From assembly GCA_047967505.1 (NCBI GenBank), contig CM106538.1: a stretch of DNA of 64,000 nucleotides; one strand, written 5' to 3'. Of this stretch, positions 38,624 through 49,439 are shown in pieces. The notes below the pieces were generated by a model. It was not told the origin of the DNA. It was given only the letters and a program-made list of their open reading frames with translations, and did no database searches. This stretch comes from Dipteris shenzhenensis (Eukaryota). Every line of letters begins with the position of its first letter. Position 1 is the stretch's first letter. The position numbers and the translations under genes are program-made.

Positions 38624-40556
38624 ATAATATCAGCAACAGGTGCTAAAGCAGGGTCGGCAGGTGGCATGTGGCACCTCAGGCCTGACTGCAGGTCCAGCCA
38701 TAGAACAGTCTGCCAGTTCCTCTAAAAACCTATACAAGGGACGATTGCCCCGTCTTTTCACAATCAGATTTGGACCACAGCTGCTCCTTAGCATCCACCT
38801 CTAGTACAGCCACCTCTGGGCCATCCAATGGCACGCCAGGGTCTATTAGCAGTAGGGAAGAGGGCACATTTACGTACCAATCAGAAAACAAGAAACAGAG
38901 ATGCTATGGTGTGTTTGTGTTTGGTTATGAGGAGTGAAGCATGCAGTATGCCTCTGGGCCATGCCTATTGTGCCCAGCACATGCTTGTTTTGTAACTAAT
39001 ACTGAATGTGGAGACTTGCATAGATGCTAGCATAACTGCAAGGGATACAATCAAACATGATGAAAACGTCACATGATTGGTCCCTCCCCCCCCTCCAGAA
39101 AAACCCTGCATGCGCTTTTTCTCCTTTTCTGGCACCCACGTAGAGAATATTGATCTTTATTGTTTCCCTTGATACCAAGTACATACACCTGCTACACCTT
39201 CTATGTCCAGTAATGGCTGCCTCATGGAGACTGAAGACACTGCTTGAGACTTTGCCTAAGGACTAGCACTATGCTGGCCACCAACACCTTTGGGCGTAAG
39301 GCAAAGATAGATGAATCTAGGAACATTCCCAAACTCATCCTCTAAAAACACAACATAGTGCAGTTTCAATCTCACGATAGTCACTCATAAGATTGAAAAC
39401 CATAAACTCCATCACGCATAACAGGGACTAGCTACGATGACATCCCCACTGATGTCATCAGCGCCCAACAATGAGTGTAGACCATAGTATAAAAATATGC
39501 TCTCACACATACAAATCCACACACCCACACATACTTGAGCATCCATTTATACAAAGTCTTCGTACTAAGTTTCTGTCGGCACTCCAAAGGTGAAGGGCAA
39601 ACTCAGCCATGATGCCTTGCTAGCACTAAGGGAGAAGGCTAATCAAAAAGTATTCGTAGGATATTCAACATAGCATACTCTTTTATTTCTAGGATTTGCT
39701 GAACCTGATGACACAAGGCCTTTATGAGTGAGTCAATATGCTGTGGATGCCTATACTCGAATCTGAGAGTTACAATATAACCAACAAGCTTGTGATGAAT
39801 AAGGCCGGGTTAACACACATCCACCCCACCCTGGTGGACAAGCAAAAAAAAAAGTCTCCTCCAATGAAATTCAGGAGCCCATGAAAGTGCATTTCACATA
39901 TCAGGCCGGACGGCTGAGAATATTTCTCGCGTGGCAGGTGCGTCACAGATGCCTTTCCAAGGCTCGACATCCAACACCCCAAGCTCGCCCGCAAGGTGTG
40001 TCCGCCTCACTCCACCAATCAAAAAGCGAATCATAGAACAAAATCGCCTGAGATATTGCCGACAGGATTCGATCCCCTGACTGCACCTACCAGATTCTAG
40101 CAGCCTTACCACCAAGCCACCTTATAATGGATGCCATACAGAAGGCCTTAAATGGATATAGTCTCATTCATCCGCCCATGTGTGAAATGAAGAGCCGTGC
40201 GCGGCCACTCCTCAGGAGGGTTCAGCCATCCACGGACGTGTGTCAACCCAGCCTAAGCCAGAAATAACATCAATATAACTGAAACAGCTGCAAGCAAGGA
40301 TCGCACTGATTTGGAATAGTTTGGAAACTATGAGTTGACACTCTATTATAATTATCATACGGTATGATATGACGAATAGATCACAACGAAAACTTCGCCA
40401 AACAATACTCCAACACAAGTAGGATTATCAACTATTTTGCCATGCAGGAAACTTCCAGCCATGTTCTTTGATTGGATGTTTTACATGAGGAAGCAAATAT
40501 ATACTTGGCCCAACATAAAAGTAACAACCTGTCACATACTGAATCAAAGGAGTGAG

Positions 40557-41000
40557 CACCCGTGCTGTACAGAACAATTATATGAAGCTTGATATCACAG
40601 GAATCAACAACCTGCCACTTTACACTGCGTATGCTTCTATATAAAATATTACTGAGCGTTGATACTTAAGCTAATTCGAAAAGAGGGAGGGAAAACATGT
40701 AAAAGGGAGAAAAGAAGGGGTAAACGTCTTGGCATAATCTTTTTTGAAGCAAAGATATAATTGGCCGACAAACAAGCATTCAAAGTTTAATCCTAAAACC
40801 ATAAAAGTGACAACCATCACGTACAGAATCAATGGGTGCACCCGCTGTACAGTATAATGATATGAAGCTTAATATCACATGAATCAACAACCTGCCACCT
40901 TACAATGCATATGCTTATAGATACAAATATTACTGAGCCGGGGGGGGGGGGGGGGGGGGCATGTCAAAGGGAGAAAAATGGGTAAACCTTTTGGCATAAG
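40557..41000. repeat. Diverged direct duplication (~40557-40738 and ~40838-41000) downstream of ZRF1; second copy holds a G20 run (40940-40959)
   Basis: Shared TATGAAGCTTRATATCACAKGAATCAACAACCTGCCAC and AATATTACTGAGC blocks. Confidence 0.85.
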
Positions 41001-41256
41001 CCTTCATTTAAGCATAGTTTCAGAGGATGTGTCAGTAAACCTTTGAAGGTGCTGCTATCTACAATAAGCAACACATAAATCGGTATACATTCTTGATTAA
41101 GGAATAGGCATAAATCACTCAACAAAACTGGCATTTGTCTGTTACAAGGCCAGTATATGAATCCTTTGCAGCATCAAAAACATCCAGAAATCTCTCCAAC
41201 TGCTTTCACTCAAAATATTGTGTTCTCCCTTTGATCTATTACCCTACCTAAAAACC

Positions 41257-43320
41257 CTACTCCGTACCTTTTCTAGACCTAAAGTTTTCCCTTAGCTCTG
41301 CAAATTTTTTGAAACATTGCCCCTTGGACTTTCCTGGCACTGCAGCTGCTATTCGATCCCATCGCTGTACTGTATCTTTGGGAAAAGCCTTCAATGCCTT
41401 TACAAGAGCACCTTCCTGTACGTCAGACCATACATCCTGTTCAGAGCTGGCTGCCGAGCCATTTGAACTAGGCTGACTCCCATTTGGAACTGATTTATCT
41501 TCTGCTTTCTCCGCAACTTCATTATCAGCAATAGCTTTACTTGCATTGACAATATCTCCATTGCTAGCCATGGCAACGGCCTTGACATTGCCATTTGTCA
41601 AAGGGGAGCTTGGTACAGGTTGAATAGAAACAGCATCAGGAGAATCTTCGCGCGTGGACAAAGGAGAGGCAATGACTACGTTAGTAACTTTCCTCTTCTC
41701 CAAGAAAGAATCGAAGGCCTTTGAAGAATCTGGCTTCTGCAAAAGGACGGTCTTGATCGCCTTAAGGATCTCTTCCACAGAGCGGTCAGTCCCAATGTAA
41801 TTTGACACAACCTCCCACCTTTGCGCAGTCCCCTTGGGATATTTCTGCATGGCCTTTCGCAACAGCTCCACCTCATCCTTGCTCCAAGGTTTTTCCTTCT
41901 TCTCTCCGGTGTTGAGGGTACTAACAGCCTTACTTCTCTCCTCAGAGCCTTCCAAATTCTTTTTCGGATAGTCAGTGGCAGTACTGTTTGCTGCATGTGA
42001 AGATGATGACAAACTTGAGCCTTTCTGTCCATCAAGAACTTGCTTCAAAACCTTACTCTGATCCTGGGCACCCTTCTTCTCCAGATCCTCACACAAGCGT
42101 CGAAGCTCATCAATCTCTAACGACACGCATAGGTTCTCGATATCATCCTCAAAAATTCCAAAGACCTTCCTGCTTACAACATCAGAAGCAACAACTCGTA
42201 GCCTTGACCTTTCCTTTCTAAGCAACTTCTTCTCCCTCTCTTTGGACTTCTTCTGGGCAGCAGCTTCTTCTGCAGCTTTTCTTTCTTCTTGCTCCTTTCT
42301 TAGCCTTTCTTCCTCTAATAATCTGGCAGCTTCTTCCTCTTTGTCTTTCTTGGCCTGCAGTTTCGCTTGTTTCTTCCTGAGTTTCTCAGCCTTTTCTTCT
42401 TCCTTCCTTCTCGCTATTCTCGGATCCCTTTTGTATGCATTTTCGACCATAGCGCGTACCCTCACGCTTTCTTCCTTCTTAGCTTTCTCCCTCAGCTTCG
42501 CATTCTGCCTTTCCATCCATCTTTTATGTTCTCTGCTTTCTGCCAACTCAAGATCGTATTCGTCGGCATGGGGAAACTCCCGCCAACTTTTGAAACCATA
42601 CCAAAAATCGTAGAAGCTATCAACTTCGGCGAGAGGAGTGTCATCGCTCCCGAGAGAGGGCACCGGTTGAATGACCGACCATCGCCCATTCCTTACAAAC
42701 ACAGGCCCATACACCTTCAGAAAATCTTGAGGGGCGCAGTCCCCAGGCACTGCATCATCGAACTCATCCGTAGAATCATAGACCCTTCTCTTCACGGGAT
42801 CTATCAGCACCTCATACGCCTCCTGAATGGCCTTAAAATGCTGATCGATTTCTTCCTTCTTGGCCTCTTTGGCCTCCTCGGTTTCTTCTGCAAGAAGAAG
42901 GGCCGCCTGTTTGTCAGGGTGATGCTTCAACGCCGCTTCCCTGTAGCATTTCCTGATCTGATCCTCGGTAGCAAGGTACCGCAGATGACTGAGACCTAGC
43001 AAGGCATAATGATCCTGCTGCTGCTGCCCAAGCGTCGATTTTTTCTTGCCTTTGAACTCGAACGAATCCGCGGCCGTCGAGAAGCTTTTCTCCTTGCTAT
43101 CCGGATCAACATCGTCGCGCTCCTCCTCCTCCTCCTCCCCCCGGTGGTGCTTATCGGCAAAACCCAAAAGCCGGCGAGCCAAGGAGTGGAAGGAGAACCC
43201 GGCGGGCTCAAAGCGGGAAGTCTTGAGGGGCAAGCTATTGGAAGAAGCGATGAAGGGGAGGCGATCTGGGAAGTCAGGCGCGGGGTAAGAGAGGAGGAGC
43301 CGGGGAAGGGGAGCCGGCAT
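41257..43320 (-). CDS. ZRF1: DnaJ homolog subfamily C member 2 / zuotin-related factor (J-domain, ZUO1-like region, charged coiled coil, two SANT/Myb domains), single coding exon
   Basis: 687-aa intact ORF; J-domain QQDHYALLGL...HHPDKQ...RRVYDSTDEFDD; FYDFWYGFKSWREF and AYKRDPRI zuotin motifs; SANT repeats WSKDEVELLRKAMQKYPKGTAQRW and WSDVQEGALVKALKAFPKDTVQRW. Confidence 0.97.
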   Translation of the reverse strand: MPAPLPRLLLSYPAPDFPDRLPFIASSNSLPLKTSRFEPAGFSFHSLARRLLGFADKHHRGEEEEEERDDVDPDSKEKSFSTAADSFEFKGKKKSTLGQQQQDHYALLGLSHLRYLATEDQIRKCYREAALKHHPDKQAALLLAEETEEAKEAKKEEIDQHFKAIQEAYEVLIDPVKRRVYDSTDEFDDAVPGDCAPQDFLKVYGPVFVRNGRWSVIQPVPSLGSDDTPLAEVDSFYDFWYGFKSWREFPHADEYDLELAESREHKRWMERQNAKLREKAKKEESVRVRAMVENAYKRDPRIARRKEEEKAEKLRKKQAKLQAKKDKEEEAARLLEEERLRKEQEERKAAEEAAAQKKSKEREKKLLRKERSRLRVVASDVVSRKVFGIFEDDIENLCVSLEIDELRRLCEDLEKKGAQDQSKVLKQVLDGQKGSSLSSSSHAANSTATDYPKKNLEGSEERSKAVSTLNTGEKKEKPWSKDEVELLRKAMQKYPKGTAQRWEVVSNYIGTDRSVEEILKAIKTVLLQKPDSSKAFDSFLEKRKVTNVVIASPLSTREDSPDAVSIQPVPSSPLTNGNVKAVAMASNGDIVNASKAIADNEVAEKAEDKSVPNGSQPSSNGSAASSEQDVWSDVQEGALVKALKAFPKDTVQRWDRIAAAVPGKSKGQCFKKFAELRENFRSRKGTE

Positions 43321-43511
43321 GATGGAGGATGAGCAGTTACATCAAAGAGGGGAAGGAGAGGCTATGGCGATGGAAACTTCGGAGGAGGAAGAGAGGCTAT
43401 GGCGATGGCGGTGCCTGCTGTTGCTTATGATGCTGCTGTTTCTTCTTGTTCCCTCTTCGTCCCTTTCTTTTTTTTTCGCAATGCCGTAGTTGTGTAAATA
43501 ACCTTTGCAAT

Positions 43512-43632
43512 CAAAGGGTTTGGCTTTCTTTCACCTTTTGCTTCCACGTACACACACACACACATTACATTTCAAGGGTTTGCCTGTCACCTTTCTTCCT
43601 TTATTGCTTCTCCATTTCCGTCAAGGGTTTGG
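43512..43632 (-). promoter_or_regulatory. Three telo-box-like AAACCCTT motifs upstream of ZRF1
   Basis: AAGGGTTTG on + at ~43514, ~43574 and ~43623, 190-310 bp upstream of the ATG; one mismatch to the canonical AAACCCTA. Confidence 0.35.
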
Positions 43633-45142
43633 CTTTCACCTTCCTTACCTTTAGCGCATCGTCTCGAACACCACACCTCACGCGCGCGCACACACACACA
43701 CAGGATGGCCACTCTCTGTTTACAACCTCCGTCGACATAAAAAAAGGAAGCATTCGTAGCTCCGTGTAACACCAAAGGGCATGTTTTCGATTGGTGCAAG
43801 TGGGGTTCAAACCCCCCGTTGGTGCATATTATGCATGGGCAAGATATGGACTAGACATTGAGACTCGCCATGCTTATGAGCACCTTCCTTTTTTAGGATC
43901 AAATCAAAATTGCATACTTGTTAGTCGTGTGAGGTATACATTGCCTTGAAGACAGTCATAAGCTCACGAGTATGCCATACCTTGCGAAGCAACGTTTGAT
44001 GAGGGCACCGTGCTATTAGATATGGCCAAAGACAAGTTACAACCATAAATGTCTCCTAAAGATCTACCGTAGGCAGCAATGTAACTAGAACAATAAGTCT
44101 CACCACCTTTCGCTTTGCTTGAATTATTGCATCCCTATAGTAGCCATGTTCCATTTCCTTCCCTCCAACTATATCATGACATTTGTCACAAATATTTCTC
44201 AAAATCTTATGTCAATTGCATCTCTCGTGGGTCCACATGAAAGGGGGACGCATGGTGTCCTAGACCTTAGGTTCATTCCAAAATGTGGTCACCCATTTTC
44301 ATGCAATTAGGTGCCCCCCTCCATCCAAATGATGAGATGCTTTATAGACAAAGAATATAGTACAAAGGTAGGGCATGGAGAGGGCTATCTTAGTATGATA
44401 AAGTGCAAACTCACTATTTGCTAAAGTGACTTTATAAAGGGCATGGTGTCCATTCACATGGGAACAAACCTCAAAGGATTAGCACATTACTAAGTTTGGC
44501 AAGGAAAGACCAAGCTAAACAGAGATGCAAGATAGCGAACAACATTTACTAGAGAAGAGCTTGTCAAGTGAATGGGTAGTTGTTGGCATCACTCGACCTA
44601 AAAAGATCCGTTAAACAAGAGAAGGTTTTGTGCCTTGAGGCAAATTCTTCAGTATGTAGATCCTGAAATTTCAACATTTGGGTTGAAATCAAGTTGGTTA
44701 CTTTTAGGGTCACTACTAATGTTGAGTGGCATTTGCAAAATGACAAGAAGAAACTTGTAGTGTTGCACCAACTCTTACATTGCTAGATCAAGAACCTTTT
44801 GACATACAAGTGAAAGTGGCATTCTAGAGCTTATTGTGGCTATATAAATGACCATTTAAGAGTGTAAGTTTTGGTGCTCTTGTGATGGGTCAATTGAATG
44901 CCTTCTCTCTCTCTTTGAGTCACCAAGGCATGTATTGGTGGGGCCAAGCCACATAGCTGGGATCCGTGTGAAGCCAACAAGGTGCAACATAGTGTTGCAT
45001 CTAGAATGGGTGTTGCCTCAAGAATTGAACCCATTGCCACTATGATTGGATTTCCATGGCCTTGACAATTATCTCTATTAACAAGGATATTAGCTCTTCA
45101 TATTCAACTTTGTGTTTTGGAGAGAGCCTTCTATGGACACAC

Positions 45143-47691
45143 TGTTGAGAGTTGTGGTGCCATGAGCACTTGTAGAGCAAAGGTATGAGCAAAGAGCAAG
45201 CTGCCACATGGCATGGAGGAGATATCCCACATGTGAGCAAGCAAATGGATGTAAGTACCCTCACCTATAAAAGGGAGGTTCATTTGAAGTAATATCAATC
45301 AAGCACTTTGCACTATCTCAAGATTCTCTTTATGAGTCCAAGCTAATCTATCTTGGAACCTAATTGACTTGAGGTACATGTCATGAGCACTCTCTTCATC
45401 ATGTTTCCACATAGGTTCCATCCACCTTAGAGTGCTCCATAGATCCTGAGGCACACATGTTTTGCCATGGTATCAGAGCATAGGTTTAGCTCTCCTAGTT
45501 TAGCTCATTAGTAGTTCACTAGGATTGCTTCCATTCCTAGATTAGTTGTAGGCATGCCTTAGGAGCTCATGTTTTTTCTCCTAGGTTAGTTTTAGTTTTA
45601 GATTGAGAGAATTCCGTCCATGAGAATTTGAGATATTTTCGTTCTTGTGAGAGCTAAATCAATCTTTTTGATTGTGTGGAAGAGAGAGACACATTCATGA
45701 TCATGCCTCTTGAGTGATTGTTCAGATTTGAGAGCATTCTTTGAGAGATTCTTGCTGAGAGGAAGAAGAGATTTCCGTTCATGCCTCAGAGATTTGGTGA
45801 GAGTTTGATTCACAAAGAATCCCTACGAGTCTTCTTGTGTGAGAGAGAGAGAGTTTCTACAACTCTATCTACAGCCAGCCAAGGCAAAGCAGCACTTCTT
45901 CTACCTTGACTCTAAGGAAGCAGATTGTAGCAAAGGCAACTCTACAAGCAACTAAAGCGACCTAGCAGGCTATCTACATTGCCTAGAGCAGCCAGCCTTC
46001 AAGATAAAGCACCAGCGACTTCTACAAGGCTCCCATGACTTCTGCCATAACAGCGCCAACGCCATCCAACTGACCTTGCAAGCTCCAATGCCCACGGCCC
46101 TCTATTGACGAGCTAGCTGCCAAGCAGATTAGTCGCCCATCATCCATGAGCCAGAAGTAGCAATACGTTCACAGCTTCACAGACTCCCGACAACCAGTGC
46201 ACCTCAGCCTCCTTCGACGAAGCTTCTCCACCATAGCCGCAACTTCTGCTTTTCTGCAGTCAGCTCTAGACGACGAGCAATGACCTACAATGAAAGCTCT
46301 AGTGACTCGAGCTCCAAAGCCTCCACCAACGATGGGCAGCCCCTCCATCTCTAAACGACAGCAGCAACGACACGCAGTGCTAGTCTCCACCGACGGACGA
46401 CTCCATCGACAAAAATTGGAGAAGAGAAATCGCCTCAGAAATACAAAGTCTTGTAAGTTTCTCCACAAATGACACGTGGCAGACAAGTATAGTCAAGCTA
46501 AGGTTAGGGAAACTTAACCCATGGTTCAGAGGCTTGGTCAGCTTCTTGCCACATGGTAGATAGGGCTTTACCCTGGTTAGTTCAGCTAACCTTGGTTAGC
46601 CAGGGTGTGGTCACTGGTAGATAGGGTTACTTAAGCCACATCAGCATGCACAGTCAGCAGTGCCTCTTGTTAAGCACAGTATGGAATTCTGCATGTGAAT
46701 CCCTGTGCCACATCATCAAAGGCCCCTCTTCTTCACAAAAGCTTCAACAAGCCATAACTTGCAATCCAGGAAGAATTTGCACACGCTCCGAAAAGGAAAA
46801 GTGATAGTCTTTTCGAGCTCTACACGCTTATCAGATCAAAATCATTGTATGCAATTAGGCACAATATGCAATTAGACACTGCTAATATTGAAAGAAATCA
46901 ATTGGTAAGACCTTTGCAACAAATGGAAACATGGCGCATGAATGCACAAAGCATGCCAAAAGCACAAGTGCATGAGATGACCATAGCAGAAAGCATGGCA
47001 TCCACACATAAAGCATTAAGGCACATGGAAGAACAAAGCATCATGCATGAAGCTACACAAGGAAGAAGATTGTAGATTGAAGAACCAGCAAGTCAACTAC
47101 GTGGAATCATCATCAAGCCATGAGCCAAAAGGTGACATCAATGGAATGTATTGAGAAACAAAAAAAACCTTGCCAACCTTGCCTATATTTTGTAATCAAA
47201 CCTGTCCACCTAAGAGTAGCTATGAAAGCACCCAGGGGAGGTATTGACATATAAACCACACTTGACCACCTTAAGTAGCAATGCATGCACTAAGGGGAGG
47301 TGATGGATTTGTAACTCACATCTGACCACCTTGCAGTAGCCAAAGGATCATGGCACCAAGGGGAGGTGTTGAGAGTTATGGTGCCATGAGCACTTATAGA
47401 GCAAAGGTATGAGCAAAGGGCAAGCTGCCACATGGCATGGAGGAGATATCCCACATGTGAGCAAGCAAATGGATGTAAGTACCCTCACCTATAAAAGGGA
47501 GGTTCATTTGAAGTAATATCAATCAAGCACTTTGCACTATCTCAAGATTCTCTTTATGAGTCCAAGCTAATCTATCTTGGAACCTAATTGACTTGAGGTA
47601 CATGTCATGAGCACTCTCTTCATCATGTTTCCACATAGGTTCCATCCACCTTAGAGTGCTCTATAGATCCTAAGGCACACATGGTTTGTCA
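45143..47691 (+). mobile_element. Non-autonomous LTR retroelement (2.55 kb, non-coding interior)
   Basis: 325-bp LTRs 45143-45467 and 47367-47691; PBS TGGTATCAGAGC 45468-45479; PPT AAGGGGAGG 47358-47366; TSD CACAC (45138-45142, 47692-47696). Confidence 0.96.
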
Positions 47692-47696
47692 CACAC

Positions 47697-48950
47697 ATGA
47701 TTTCTCATCAAAGGAAGTAACATGGCACATTTTGATGTTGTGTGATTGTATTGTCAACTACCAAAATCTACCTTTCTTACCATGAAAGCCATCATTTGGA
47801 AAGGGAGGCTATACACCCAATGGCTTGGGGATTTTATTTTGGAGTGGCCAATCTTCTAGTTGATATAGAATTGAACCATAGCAAATCCAAAATCATCCAC
47901 AATCAATATGCTTTGGATCCTTTTGAAAATCCTATGAAGACACATTTGATGGCTTTAACATCGTGCATAAGCTAGAGAGCCAAATACTCTCGAATGATTG
48001 TTTACGAGATTAATTCCTATAAATGCCTCTTCTACTGTCATGTTTGCAATATGTCAATGGTACTTCTCTTCATCAAGTAGACTACTATTTCAAAAGCCTC
48101 TACCCAATATGGCCTTACAATGTTCTTTTCATCAGACATAACCATGCTAATTTCATTTTCATCAAACATAAAGATGCTAATTAATCAATGACTACTTTTT
48201 CTTTTTTTGGCTATTCCATTCTGCTTGGGAGTGTATACATGTAGACTATATCTTAATCCCAAAGTGTCTACAAAATGTATTGAATTCATTGGACTTGTAT
48301 TCACCTCCATTATGACAATGGAGACCTCATCGAACTCATTGAGCTCACTGTACTTGTACTAACTTGCATTATTATAATGGAAAACTTTGATGAGCTTGCC
48401 AATTTGTGATTCCAGTAGTGCTTTAACAACTTGAATATACTGAGTGCATCAGATTTTTGTTTCAAGAAATGCATGTAGCCTTTTGGAATAATCATCTGCA
48501 AAGATGATGAAGTATATAATGCTTTACTTAATGACTAGGTACAAGCATAACACTATATGTCAAAACAAATGATCCAAATAACATTTGAGCTCCTAGACCA
48601 CGATGTCGAAAATGGTTATCTGTGCTACTATTCCATGCAATATGATTCCCAAACATCTTTTTTGAAAATAGACTTGTGGAAGACCTTGTACCATGTTTGT
48701 TCTAGGCCATTGAAAGTTAGGCACGAATGGAGAGAAGATTTTGTGCCATAGCTAGAACATAGAAAGCATCACTAATACGTTATGCAATACCTATATCATT
48801 AAATAGAGGCATGCTAGAAATCCCTTCAATTTATGAGGTGTATTATCACCCATAAAAACATTCTCTTTGGCATTTTTGTTTAAATGTAAATTTGAAAACC
48901 GATCCTTTGTAGAAGTCATGTGATTGCTTGCACTCGAGTCAATTGCTAAG
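47697..48950 (-). pseudogene. Very old Copia integrase-region remnant; ends approximate
   Basis: 48310..48501 (-) contains YMHFLKQKSDALSIFK (integrase WVYFLKxKSE-like); otherwise heavily decayed. Confidence 0.55.
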
Positions 48951-49073
48951 TACTTTCATCTCTGTGATTATGATAAACTAGGATTTCTGCAATGGCATAC
49001 TATGAACTAAGACCTTACTTCTAGAATTTATCTTGACAATTGTCATGCTAACGATCATTTACATAATTTTCAA

Positions 49074-49280
49074 ACTATCTATGATGATTGCCTTGATTTT
49101 ATGTTGATTACCAACTCTATGCTGATTGCCTTGATTTTACGTTGATTACCAACTCTATGTTGATTGCTTGATTTTATGTTGATTTGTAGGCTACATATGC
49201 TGATTTGTAGATTGTTTATGCCGATTGCCTTGATTTTCTATTGATTACCAACTCTATTTATGTTGATTACGAACTCTATT
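49074..49280. repeat. Minisatellite with a ~38-bp unit, about 4-5 decaying copies
   Basis: TGATTGCCTTGATTTTATGTTGATTACCAACTCTATG at 49085 and 49123, partial at 49161 and ~49223. Confidence 0.85.
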
Positions 49281-49439
49281 GGATTCACCAATGGTTGTAT
49301 CTCTTTGATTCTTTCTACACTTAGGTTTTGAATGTCCTAAGATACCACAATATTGACAATTGCATATCTTTCTAGAAGTATTGTTTTGATTTTTTTCTCT
49401 TTCAAGGTCTTTTCTAGCTCCGAAGTTCCATGTCCTTAA

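Larger units (their letters stand above)
31400..39177 (-). mobile_element. Decayed Ty3/Gypsy remnant (protease, RT) interrupted by Copia 33116-38623; ends approximate
   Basis: 32492..32737 (-) ILVDSGSTHSF (aspartic protease); 31790..32008 (-) TIKNRFSIPRVDDLLDE..SKIDIRSGYHKIRIKEGD (Gypsy RT). PBS-like CTTGATACCA at 39168-39177 is weak support for the far end. Confidence 0.7.

Noticed and set aside
41988-43332. Plus-strand ORFs overlapping ZRF1 (e.g. 42367..42999, 210 aa)
   Set aside because: Antisense shadows of a GC-rich, biased coding sequence.
49074-49280. Repeat array resembling CRISPR; likewise 8672-8745 and 30292-30392
   Set aside because: Head-to-tail tandem units without unique spacers, eukaryotic context and no cas genes.
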